Of a stretch of 64,000 nt of DNA, positions 50,957 through 62,700 are shown one piece after another. The first letter of the stretch is position 1. Every line of letters begins with the position of its first letter. Under the pieces are notes generated by a model. That model did not search any database. It had not been told where the DNA came from and saw nothing but the letters and a program-made list of their open reading frames with translations. The translations under genes were made by a program, and so were the position numbers. Source of the stretch: Oculina patagonica (Eukaryota); NCBI RefSeq assembly GCF_052425735.1, contig NC_135769.1:18662001-18726000 (forward strand), written 5' to 3'.

Positions 50957-51919
50957 ATGAGTAGCAGTACACTGATAGAGGTGTTTGGTCACATCTTCTT
51001 TAGTTTTACACAAGGCGTGACAGAGCATTACAACCCAGAAGAACCTGAATACACGGCAGAGTCATTCGGCTATGATCCATTACAAAGCACAGGTCGAGAA
51101 TGGAATTATCTCCCTGTTGATGAGCTTATTTATCAAGAATACAGCGACAAAGAAGCCACAAACTTTCACTTTCTACCATCTAGCCGTCTAAATGTAAAGG
51201 TTTTAGACGCGTGTTCGCCAGAGGAAAACGAAGTATCTCAGGAAGATCGACAAGATGAAGATAGAGCAATGGCTTGGAAGCGACTCAGACCATCCGCTCT
51301 CCGCACAGTTTATAAATCAATGTACATCGGAGCTTTGATTTCACTGCTAGCTGCTACTGCTATAGGTCTAGTATACATGATTTTTTCTTATCTCTCTTAC
51401 AAAACTAAACTGAACTGTCAACTTCAGCCAAGGAAGTCAATTCCAATACAAGTGCAATGGATGAGAACCATATCTGGTGTTATCTTAGCTGCCTTTCATT
51501 ACCTTTGGTTTTTTCTAAGTATGTTATTTCTTTTCCGTCCTTTTCAGTTGACGGGGGTGAAAAGAAAACTCTTTCTGGTTTCTTGCCTTTTTTATAGTTT
51601 GGATGCACTTTATCGCGTGGCTCTTCAATATCTGGGAATGTCTCACTCTAAAAAGACTACAATACAAAAGATTCCACTTAATGTTTTATTTCTACTCAGT
51701 ACATGCTGGCAAGTCTATCTTCTAATAAGTCATTTATGTATAAGAACAAGGAGACGCAAAGTGACTTTGTTCTTACAGATGACTGTACCTAGCTTGTCGC
51801 TATCCCTTCTTTCCCTGATGGTAGCGTATTTTATTTATCCAGCGTACAACAAGCAAAACAACCCGCAAGGAAGGATGATAACGCCTCTCGCTCTGTGCTT
51901 GCTTAATCAAGTTAAATAA
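50957..51919 (+). CDS. Truncated 11-TM family copy F (320 aa; N-terminus plus TM1-TM5 only), possibly a pseudogene
   Basis: Open from ATG 50957. Homology stops after YPAYNKQNNPQGRMI (~51880), and no 3' half is seen downstream. Confidence 0.75.
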   Translation: MSSSTLIEVFGHIFFSFTQGVTEHYNPEEPEYTAESFGYDPLQSTGREWNYLPVDELIYQEYSDKEATNFHFLPSSRLNVKVLDACSPEENEVSQEDRQDEDRAMAWKRLRPSALRTVYKSMYIGALISLLAATAIGLVYMIFSYLSYKTKLNCQLQPRKSIPIQVQWMRTISGVILAAFHYLWFFLSMLFLFRPFQLTGVKRKLFLVSCLFYSLDALYRVALQYLGMSHSKKTTIQKIPLNVLFLLSTCWQVYLLISHLCIRTRRRKVTLFLQMTVPSLSLSLLSLMVAYFIYPAYNKQNNPQGRMITPLALCLLNQVK

Positions 51920-54900
51920 AGTGCAAAATAAATTACTGTGGATCTTCGCTTATTTATTATCTATAACTGCTTTATTTTACTACACTTTTTATTAGTGAGA
52001 GTGTTGGAACCTAACACGCGTGATTTTGGTGGTCACTGATATACTATTACTGAGTAATAGTTTACTCAAAATATTGTCGCTTTCGTTGCGAGTTAGGCTT
52101 TAGTCGATCGCCTGTGGCATTTTGCGTAGCTATAAAACGACTTATTGAATTATTAAATTTCCTTAAAATAATCGACTGGATAATGTGGACGTTTCAGTTC
52201 TATCTAAGCGCAGTGAGCGTATATGACAAGACTTTTCTTGTCAAAATTGGGACAAACGAAAAGGTTAAAGGGGAGATCCGAAACAATGGCGTCGTTAAAA
52301 GTTATTTTCCTTGTGCAAGTCAACTGAAGCACTTAACCTCGCGTTTACTTGTTTACGGCTCCGCGACTGTCGTCAGTGAGGACTATAAAATGATTGTGTT
52401 GAATCGAAGCTAAACTCAGAAACGATCAAGTTCGCTGAAGTTAAGGGCGAGATCCAAATGTAAGGTAACAAACTTTACTACATGAATTATTCAGCATAAT
52501 TTTATGGCGAAAATATGTTTTCACTTTCTGAAAGAAATTGTATCGGCCGTGGTTTTTCGGCTCTTCCCGTGAATTCTTTGCTGCTTTTCTCTTTCATCCA
52601 GGGTCGATTTCTCCCGATTGGTAGGGCTGAATGTAAATAAATATAATCAAGCCTAAATCATTTACTAACAATTAACTCAGAATGAACGAGAGTCATAGCG
52701 TCTATTGTCGTTGGTTTACAAGCCTAGCTGGTCTCTCCTAACTGAAAGAAATCATCATTTAAACGGCAACTCTTTATCCACTCACTCACGGCATAATGGT
52801 TACACGCCTTGATTTCCAGGTAATTCTTCTTAAAAAGAAAATGAAATATTCATTTTACTGATGAGATATTATTAGCTAGGGAAAGCTCCTCCGCATTAAC
52901 CTTTTCATGCTCCTGTAAAAGACACCATTACTAGTAAGTAAGTAAATACGAATGATGTGTTTCTTTTTCTGATGTTTCCTCGGTAAGATTTTTCGTCTGG
53001 CTACAGCCCTGAAGTTGGAATAACTTAAGCATTTAAGCGATTTATTCACCAAATCTTACTGAGAACTGGTCAAAACTCAACAAAATTGGGGTGGGGGGGG
53101 GGGGGGGGGAGGGGAACGAAACGTGTATCCATGCTTTCAAAGCATAAACTGCCGTCGGGAGCAAACTTGCCGCTCGCTGTTTGCTCAGCCTCGTTGGAAA
53201 CCATTTGAGTATTCGCGCTTTGATTGGTTGGGTCGTTCCACTCTAGATGCCGATTGGTTATATTTTGTCACATGTGGAGAAAGCCATAACTGAAGCTGAT
53301 TGGACGTGTCGCTTCTCTCACATGTGAAATACATGCATAGCAAATATTTTCGCTATATATGTAATAAAAGTGAGTCCGCAATGTGTATGTGTAGACTTTC
53401 ATAATGAATTAATTAATGAGTCAGTTTAACACCGGTCAAATGTTAGTCGATAGCCACTTGGAGTATCGAACTTCAAGCTTCGAGTCGAGTAGTTCGAGAT
53501 ACGAGACGAGAAAACAAAGTACTTATCAGTCGATTAATTTTTCACAAGACTGTTGGAAGAAAAAAGTGCCCTATACTTCGTTTCAAGGAATCCAACTTGC
53601 CGTTGCCTTTTGTTGGGATGTCACGTAATGCTCACACATTGACAATAAAACAAGGCGTTCTGTCCTCCAAATTCATTACCCTGAATTTTAGACGTCTCTC
53701 TCTGGTCGCCTGCTCCTGAAATTCAGGCTACATGATAAGTCTACAGTGACTGTTAATGATGTGAGTGAGTGACCCTAAACACGAGACCTTGACGGCTATA
53801 AAAGCATTGGAGTTCTGTCCTAAACTCCCTAAATGCTACCAATACCAGTATTTAGGAAAGACCGTGACTTCCCCGTTCCTTTCATATCAGAGTACCCCCT
53901 TGTCACGTCGTTAACGACAGATGTCATTTTTTCCTGGAAATAGAAACCCCAAATCCTACAAAAAAGTAATTATTGAAACCAAAAGCCTTCCCTTACCACT
54001 ATCAAGAAAGGATACTAATTTTCATACAAAAAGATATGTTGCGTGCAGCACGTGAACTGTCTCAGATCGCCAGACATTTTGCTCAACGCTTGTGTAAACA
54101 ATCATCGATCAACGTTTTCTCTACGTTTTGCGAGGGTCAGATATCAAAACAGATTCTTCGTGGGCTTTAGAAGGCTTAACAAAGCTATAGATTTAGTCAA
54201 TGATTTTGAATAATATGTGAAGATGAAAAACGAATGAATTCTGCTGTCTTTGACTAAAATTTCGCTCGAACTGCGTTACATAATTATGATCGCATGGCGG
54301 AAAGCCAGTTCGTGTATAAACATTGCTGTCAACGCGAGGTGACATAGACTCGGATTGCAGAGCGCTAATCAGCATTACAAAATTGCGCCTGAAGCAACCA
54401 ACTTTGGCCTTTATTTTCTCCGCTCCTAAGCTGAAAGAAAACCCAAAATCTTATATTTGTGTTTTCTTCATTCATATCTTTGAAAAGAGCAAGTTTTAAG
54501 GTATGGCTCAAATAATTGTCGCATTATAATTGAAGGGACTTTTCCCTGACCACTCAAGCAGGCAATCGATTCAGTGAACTTATTTTACAATCAACGTTTC
54601 TGGGTAGTGGATAATCATTCCTAACATTATGTTCTATATAAGGTTTTCCATTTAATCTACAAACACGTAAACATGACGTTATTCGTCTCGATGTCCGTAT
54701 TCACGTGGTTTGACTACTGCAAATTACGTTCAAGTCCTGCTTTAAATTAAATGAATGCCTCATTAATTAAGTTCGGGACTTTCCCTTAACTACTTAAGCA
54801 AACGGTAAATTTCCCTCTCAACAGGCGGTAGTTATTCATCAAACAATAAATGGGAGTGCTAATTAAGAAAGAGTTTTCACTTTCAGTTTCACAACGGATA

Positions 54901-55001
54901 TAACAAACACTGAACTTAATTGTGTAAACTACCAGTTCTAAGTAGCGCGTCAATGCGTTAGGACGAATTTAACAATTTGCATTCGTTCGAGTGAGGCGAA
55001 A

Positions 55002-56618
55002 ATGAGTAGCAGTACACTGATAGAGGTGTTCGGTGATATCGTGTTCAGTTTTACACGAGGTGTGACAGAGCACTACAATCCAGAAGAACCTGAATTCACG
55101 GTAGAGTCTTTTGGCTACAATCCGCTAGAAAGCACAGGTCGAGAATGGAATTATCTTCCTGTTGATGAGCTTATTTATCAAGAATACAGCGACAGAGAAA
55201 TCACAAGCTGGGACTATCTGCCATCTAGCCGTCTTAACATTAGGGTTATAGACGCGAGTTCGCCAGAGGAAAACGAAGAAACACATGAAAATCAGCAAGA
55301 CGAAGATAGAGCAATGGCTTGGAAGCGATTCAGACCATCCGCTTTCAGTACAGTTTGTAAATCAATGTACATTGGAGCTTTAATTTCACTGCTAACTGCT
55401 ACCATCATAGGTTCCATATTCATGACGATTTCCTATGTCTCTTACAAAACAGAACTGAACTGCGAATTTGACCCAGAAGAGTCCATACCAATAGAAATCC
55501 AATGGATGAGATCGGTTTCTGGCATGGTATCTTGCACTTTTCTTTACGTGTGGTACTTTGTATGTATGTTATTCCTTTTCCGCCCATATCAGTTAAAGGC
55601 TCTGAAAAGAAAACTGATCCTGGTTTGTTTCCTTGCATATTGTTTGGATTCACTTTATCGTTTGGGTCTTCAAGTCCTTGGAATATCCCACTCCAAGATT
55701 TCTACTGTACAAAGGATTCCACTCAAAATTTTGTTTTATATCAGTGTATGTTGGCAAGTCTATTTTATAACGAATCATTTTTGCATACCCTCAAGGAGAC
55801 GCCGGATGACTCTATTTTTACAAATGATAATACCTGGCTTTTCTTACTTATTTGTTGGTTTGACTGCTGCCTGTTTTATTTACCCAGCGTATAACAAACA
55901 AAACGAGGAAGGCAAACTGCTAATCGCACTCTTCGCTCCTCTCATTGGAGTCGTTGTCAAAGCAATCTCAAGGATTTCCGTTCAGCAGTTATGGAACATT
56001 ACCCATCCGGGATACTCGTATGCCTTGTTAGTGCCGCTGTATTTTCGCTCAGCAGTCGTATATCGAGTTTTACAAGCGGATCTTGACAGTTTGCAATCCA
56101 TCGCTATTCTTGGAATAATTCATGGCGCTGCAGAAGTCATAGAACGGAGCACCATGGTTGTCTTCGATCACATTTGTCACGTGATTTGGAAAAGAAAATC
56201 AGCTCCTTGGGGAAGTTTTCGTACTCCTCGCCGTGAGAGACTAATGGCTGATATCGCTATCATGAGCATGCTGTATGAATCAACTGCTATAGTGTCAGTT
56301 AACGGCTTTTTGTACATGTATCAATTTATTTACTTACAAAACGATTCCCTTTTAAAACTACTGCAGTCTTTTGCCATCACAACTTCAGTTCAGCTGGTGA
56401 TTGAGTGGTTTTTCACCAGCGTATCTCTAGCAATCGAGACTCGCTATCAGAATATGGCTGTCATGGCTGTTTGGCGAAGAAGATGGAAAAGACATACTTT
56501 AGTTGCGATCGTTAATGTGGTACCATTAGCTTTGTGGACAACTGGAAACCTTTTAACAATTGTACATGGGCGCTTTAACGAGTCCGTTAACCAGCCTTGC
56601 AAAATGCCATTTACTTGA
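55002..56618 (+). CDS. ~11-TM family copy G (538 aa)
   Basis: Intact ORF. The 3' flank 56620-57300 is paralogous to the flank of E (48360-49560). Confidence 0.92.
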   Translation: MSSSTLIEVFGDIVFSFTRGVTEHYNPEEPEFTVESFGYNPLESTGREWNYLPVDELIYQEYSDREITSWDYLPSSRLNIRVIDASSPEENEETHENQQDEDRAMAWKRFRPSAFSTVCKSMYIGALISLLTATIIGSIFMTISYVSYKTELNCEFDPEESIPIEIQWMRSVSGMVSCTFLYVWYFVCMLFLFRPYQLKALKRKLILVCFLAYCLDSLYRLGLQVLGISHSKISTVQRIPLKILFYISVCWQVYFITNHFCIPSRRRRMTLFLQMIIPGFSYLFVGLTAACFIYPAYNKQNEEGKLLIALFAPLIGVVVKAISRISVQQLWNITHPGYSYALLVPLYFRSAVVYRVLQADLDSLQSIAILGIIHGAAEVIERSTMVVFDHICHVIWKRKSAPWGSFRTPRRERLMADIAIMSMLYESTAIVSVNGFLYMYQFIYLQNDSLLKLLQSFAITTSVQLVIEWFFTSVSLAIETRYQNMAVMAVWRRRWKRHTLVAIVNVVPLALWTTGNLLTIVHGRFNESVNQPCKMPFT

Positions 56619-57311
56619 GAGAAGAGACATTAAAGTTCTCCCTTAAGTGGGGTCACGTTTTCACGTTTACCGTTGACACAGGGTAGAAAGACAGCAATAA
56701 ATTGGAAATTCCGGATTTTAAGTGCACGGTTTGGCAATGTTCTTTATAACTGTTGTCCCCTAAAGCGATCTGGCTGACTGGCCGACTGACTGACTGAGTG
56801 ACTCACTGACTGACTGACTTCACCAACTCGTGCGTAAATACCGTACGCGCGCAGTTTCCATAAAGTATTCTATATAATTTTATTATGTCATAATACATAA
56901 GTATTAGTATTTGCGATTTTCAAACTTGTAAATTACACATATATAATTCAAAATCTGAGGAATCCTAGTTTAGTATGAGCAAGGAAAACACAGAAATAGA
57001 TAATAATCAACCGAAAAGGAACGTTAGTAGATTAGATTAAGGAAAATTTAAATAAATCAATATGAACGATGAACTTGAAAAGTATAGGTTTATTTTAAGG
57101 TGAACCGTCTGTAGGATTTTAAACTCAAAGGCCTTTTGATATCTAGGAGCCAAATTTAATTAAAAAGTAAGGAATCTTGTATATCTTTGATGTAAACTAT
57201 GTATCGTCATATTCAAGCATTTGTAGCGTTTATATATTTCTTATCAATAAACGTTTAGCAGTGCTCGTTGTTACAAGTTATCGTTCAAAGTGGACATTTC
57301 ACTTACATTTC

Positions 57312-58221
57312 AATCTTTCTGTGTTTCTTCGTTTTCCTCTGCCGATCAAGCGTCTATAACTTTTACATAAGACGGCTTAGCCTGCGGTGCAGGCGTTTTC
57401 CGTGGGCGCGCGCGATTAGTATTAATAGTATTAGTATTAATAACGAATATTAGTATTAATAGCGACCTTCAGATTGGACTACGAGTACGAGATTGAGTAC
57501 GAGTACGAGTTTTCAAACCAAATTCGTGTGCCTCCTATAATCACTTATCACACCAATCTTATCTCTAATGTTTAATTATGTGTTAGTCAGCAACAGGGAA
57601 GAGTTATAGTTTGGGGGATACAATTATGTACTCGATCTCGTACTCGTAGTCAAATCTGAAGGTCGCTTAGCTAGGACCGGGAAGATTAGCCGCCGTGTTG
57701 GAGCCTCACTCCTACTCCCTGGGACGCGTTTTCTTCTTTCACTAATTCTCTGCAGAGTACGAATCCAAGATGGCGCTCGCCCGATCAAAATGCGTTCGCT
57801 CGCTAAAATACACCTCCATTGCACGGTAAAGACGTCTAGACGCTAGATAGTCCCAGCTTGTGATTTCTGTCGCTGTACGGAGAGCGGATGGTCTGCTGAA
57901 CCGCTTCCAAGCCATTGCTCTATCTTCGTCCTGCTGGTCTTTCTGAGTTTCTTTGTTTTCCACTGGCGAACACGCGTTTATAACATTTATATTAATACGG
58001 CTAGTCGCTAGATAGTCCCAGCTTTTGACTTCTCTGTCGCTGTATTCTTGATAAATAAGCTCATCAACGAAAGATAATACCATTCTCGACCTGTGCTTTG
58101 TAGGGGATTATAGCCAAAGATTATGCGGTGTTTTCAATTTCTTTTGGATTGTAGTGCCCTGTCACACCTTTTGTTAAACTGAACACTTTGTGACCAAACA
58201 TATTAGCGTACTGCTGCTCAT
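57312..58221 (-). pseudogene. N-terminal pseudogene fragment of the 11-TM family (psi2) with an internal duplication and a MITE insertion
   Basis: ATG at 58221 with B-type upstream sequence and frameshifts. After PSALRT it jumps back to EITSWDYLAS. Homology resumes at 57377-57312 (SRL..KVIDA*SAEENEETQKD). Confidence 0.85.
57378..57828. mobile_element. AcademH-like MITE inside psi2, with a nested TIR element at ~57460-57667
   Basis: Starts TAGCCTGC. 9-bp TSD AAGACGGCT / AAGACGTCT (one mismatch). Inner TIR AGCGACCTTCAGATT..AATCTGAAGGTCGCT. Confidence 0.7.
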
Positions 58222-58527
58222 TTTCACTTACAAGTGCGAATGGTATAGTTAGGGCTGATAGTTTACAAGCCCCAAAGATTAGCGAAATGCATATGGTGGA
58301 AAATTCAGGGTGTTATATACACTTTCACCAAAAAAAACATATAGCATAATAGCTAATGGAAGTGATTGTAGCCTGATTAGGGCCGGAGCACCAGTTTAAG
58401 TCTGTCTTGCGTGGAGCTTTGTGTGTAAGAGACTTGTGTGTTGCGATCAGTCGTAGCGACTTTGTGTTGAGTTTTAAAGTCCAAAATTGCCGTTTTAAGT
58501 TCGGTAACATGATCAGGCAGTATATTT

Positions 58528-59478
58528 AACAATTGGCTCATGCTTAAGCGTCACTATCGAGTTATGGAGCACGGGAGAAGTTTAGAGAGCACGAAAGAAG
58601 CGTAAGAGTAGCTCGAGGCGATAGCCGAGAGCAACTCTAGCTTTTCGAGTTCCCTCCAAACTTCCAAAGTATGACTATAACTCGATAGTGCACAGCTAAA
58701 AGCATGAAGCAATTGCTTTGGATTTTCTGAAGAAGTGATTGCTCACGCTATCAGTGTGCGCCATTGGATTATGTATACTGAAGTGATTGCGCGGAATGGT
58801 TAGCAATGTTATAATTAACAATTATTGGACTCGGTTGAGCAAAATATCATGATTTGTTACTGGCGAGCAGATCATCTATTTACCGAAGTCGAAGGTTGAG
58901 GCAAGTAATTCATCTGCGAGACACTGACAAATCACGATATTTTGCAAATACCGAGTTAATAATTGTTTTATCATGCAATCATTAAATTTGTCTTTGCACA
59001 ATTACCTTTGTAAAATTGGGAACTACGCCCTTACTGACGTAGACTGCGAGCATTTGCGATCCTTCCTTGGATTTTTTTTAGCAAAAAGAGAGACTGCTCG
59101 CACTCTATACTGAAGTAATAAAGGGAGAAAAGCATAACTTTTCCCTCGATGATACGAGCTGGTCTTCTTCCAATTCTCTGTCTTTCAGATATAACCTTAA
59201 TACCTTAAGGGAAATTTTCGTTGCCTTCTTTGTATTCCCGCTGTTTCAGCGCGACTTATAGACAAATCAAACCGCTATCTCCACGACTCTGTAAAACGAA
59301 CTGCCATTTTTCTAAGAATTGTACACAGCTTCGCATGAGCAAAATATAATTTGCAACAAAATCACTGTCGGACGGTAATGCGCACGAGCGGACCATTATT
59401 TGAAGGCAGTTATTTGCACGTCACATGGTAGGCTCTCGGCCAGTGAAAAGAAAGAGAAAAATGCATCGAACGATAAAA
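58528..59478. mobile_element. Two adjacent hairpin-ended non-autonomous elements (~58528-58812 and ~58812-59478); the second carries a decayed Crypton-like N-terminal coding remnant on the minus strand
   Basis: Long imperfect palindromes at 58543-58698 and 58814-58968. Minus-strand MAVRF... (ATG 59307) and NTKKATKISLKVLRLYLKDRELEE (~59165-59236). Confidence 0.6.
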
Positions 59479-59791
59479 TGAAATCTTTATTTCTAAAACA
59501 TAACTGATGGCTTAGAATACTAAATATATAAGCCACATAACTGAGAAAGTGGATACTAAAGGTATAAATCTCGGTCAGTTTTGTACGTCTCAGGAAAGTT
59601 CCCTTTTCCTTTGAAATTCTTTCTTGATTAAAACCGGAAAATAGATATGAAAAAAAACCTTTAAGTTGATTGGATAAAAAATGGTTCAAATTGTAAAATA
59701 TGCGTAATATAAATTTTACCGTTTTCCACGGTTTATAATCTTTATGTGTTTTCTATTTTACATTGACATAATATTGCCACAGTACTGAAAT

Positions 59792-62700
59792 TGTTTCGAA
59801 CAATGTGCCGTTCGAAGTGATGAGACACAAGTTGTAACACACCACAGCTTTACGGGAAACGGTGACTTTAATTTTCAAACTGGATCGTGATTGTCTTCGT
59901 ACGCAATTCACAATATAATGTAGTCAAACTATAAATAAGAACAAAAATATAACTTAATCCTAACCTCAGTATAATATATCCTAACAGTATAACGTTGTTG
60001 TAATAATGTAATACACTATAGCTACTTACAATTCTGTTTGCCACTCCCGTTAATTAACGAACTTTTACTCTTGTACTTGATCTACCGGTTAACTCAATGT
60101 TTGTCCGCTTACCGCCGCTAAAGGGCGTATTTAAATGTTCTCTTTGTCTCTCGGGACTCGGCCCATTACTCTCTCTTATACTGAATTATAATAATTTCAC
60201 ATATGTGCAAAACACTCCCTCCCCAGTGCGGAAATCCTATTACATTCATGTGATTGAATTGAGCAACGATCTGTACGTCACGTGTCATTCGATTGTACTT
60301 ATGTTTCATTCTCTAATTCCTCTTTTGTAGCAATTAAACAAAGTTTATGGATCGGTCGATCGTAAATGATGCCTTCGAGTCTTCCATATGCGCGTAACAA
60401 TCCTTGTTCATCTGGTTTTGACATCAGCCTTTGGTCGACAGTGTCTATTTTGATTGTTTCTTGACACCATTTGAACATCTGTAGTTCGGTTTGTTTCAAT
60501 TCTTCTGGTAAAATTGGGCTCGTGTCGTTTTCTTTTTTTCTTGTATTGTTAATGAATCTCAGAACATAGGCCAGGGTCTTTCTAGCTTTAGCGAACGTGG
60601 AATAGGTCTTCATTAAATGTTGCAAGATAGGGTTGTCTGTCGGTTGTCTGAAGTTTGTTGATTCTTCTGAAGAAACTGTACATGGAGTTGGTTCTTTGCA
60701 GTTGGTCGACTTCTCCTTGTTGGACTTCATTTCTTTAAATGATTCTTCGTCCGCTTTCTTTGAATTTTCTTCGAACTTAGGCCACTCTTTTTCGGAGCGC
60801 AGCAGAAACGGAGGACCTTCCATCCATGTCTTAATCTCTTCTGGTGGTGCTCCTCTTGTCAAAGTGTCTGCTAGGTTGGCATCTGATCTGTTGTACTTAA
60901 ATGCTTGCGTGTCAAGGGTTTCCTGAATCTCAGCAACTCTCGCCGAGACGAACGGCTTGAATCTCTTTGGGGGCGTTTTAATCCAGGTTAATACGGTTTG
61001 TGAATCCATCCAAAATACTGTCTTGGAGTCAGTTATCTCGGCGAATTCCAGTGCTTCTTTGCAAGTGCTGTACAATCCGGCGAGGGTAAGCAGGATAAGG
61101 ATGAGGATGAACAGCTTGGGAATTTCGACTTGTACGTCCTCGAAACAGTTCTTTCTCTTTCTCTTAAAGGTTTTCTCTGAGGACAACATACGTTGGAGCG
61201 CAACATCGGAATTACTCTCCTTTGGGGGTCCATCATCTGTCCATGGCGTTCGTACTTGGTCTCGCCCATCGATGATTTGTGTTGAATCTGCTATTATCTT
61301 GATGAATTTGTTTTCTTCTAACTCGTCGTCTCTGCTTGTGCAAAGCTCTGTCGGTTTGACTCCAAGCATGTCTTGAGCAAAGAGTTTTGTCATGTCTTCC
61401 AATGCACTGACAGTTCCTACATCAACTGAATTGATCGTAGAGGGTTGACTCTCTCGGTCGTCAATTTGACCCATGACGAACCATCCGAAACAATATCTCT
61501 TCGCTATCAGTTCACCAGGACCACCGGAAATTACGTGAATATCAACGAACGCATCTGCAAAATCTGTTCCGATCAACAAGTCAATTGTTCCTCCAGACAA
61601 ATGCAGTTTATTTGAGATTGCTTCTAAATGCTGGTAGCTATTAACAGTCTTTCTAGACACTGTTTTTGCTGGACCGCACGGCTTGTTTAATGCGTAAACC
61701 TGCATGGACTTTTGAATGCTTTCTTCTGAAATTGGCGCAACAGTTATGTTAACAAGCTCTGATTCTTCTGACTTCTTCAGACCACCAGCCAAATTCATGG
61801 TTAAATGTGTTTTAGGACCGCTTATGCCAAGTTTCTTCGCAACATCCTTCGAAATGAAACTTGTGTTTGAACCACTATCTAGCATCGCAAGGACTTCAAC
61901 AAAGTTTCCGTCTTTGTCTTTCACCATCAATTTCTGGACAGGGCAAATGCCAGGAGCGTTCCTCACTCCCTGTACGTTACTGTTACTACCCTCGTGAGTC
62001 GCACTCGAGTACGGCACGGCTTCGGGATTTAACTGACTGGTATTTACATCTGGAGGCATACGTTCGTTGTGTAATGAGCGATGATGGCGACGGGTGCACT
62101 TGTTGCATGTGGTGCCGTCGGGTTTTTCACAGTGATCAGTATGATGATTTCTTAGGCATTTACGACATCTGTTGTTTTGTTTGACAATTTCCCATCTTTG
62201 GTCCACAGTTGATTTTTGGAACACTGGACACGCAGAAAGTAAATGCTTCGTTTCGCATCTGACTGGGCAGATTTCATCATCGAGAACTTCTCTGTCTGTC
62301 GCATGACTGGCCGAACTTCGTTGATTTTGAGTGCGGTGCTCATAATTTCCTGCATCGTTGCGGGTGTCCCAATGGACGCGGGATCGCAAACTTGCTTCTT
62401 CGTTTAACCAATCTAATAAGTTCGAAACGTTCTCTTCCTTTTTCAGGCGTTTCATTTCTCTGCCGAATTCGATGTTGTCTTTGGCATCCAATTTCGATAG
62501 AAGTTGGGACATGACAAAAGGTGCCTCATTAGCATTTGTAACCTTACAACCGTTTTGTTCCATGTTGTTTACGAATCCAAGAATTCTAGCCGCGTAGCGC
62601 GAAAGCGATTTCGAGTCGCTCTTAACTGGCTTGACATTGTTAATTTCCTTTAACAGCATATCCATTAATGTTCTTTGATCTCCAAATTCAGTGTCGAGAA

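Noticed and set aside
31332-55894. Recurrent alternative-frame ORFs inside the 11-TM genes (e.g. 31332-31784, 34374-34754, 47256-47792)
   Set aside because: Starts, stops and lengths differ between paralogs and several lack ATG; best explained as shadows of Leu/Phe/Ile-rich coding sequence.
28071-56618. Calling the cluster GPCRs or opsins
   Set aside because: About 11 rather than 7 hydrophobic segments, and no DRY, CWxP or NPxxY motifs.
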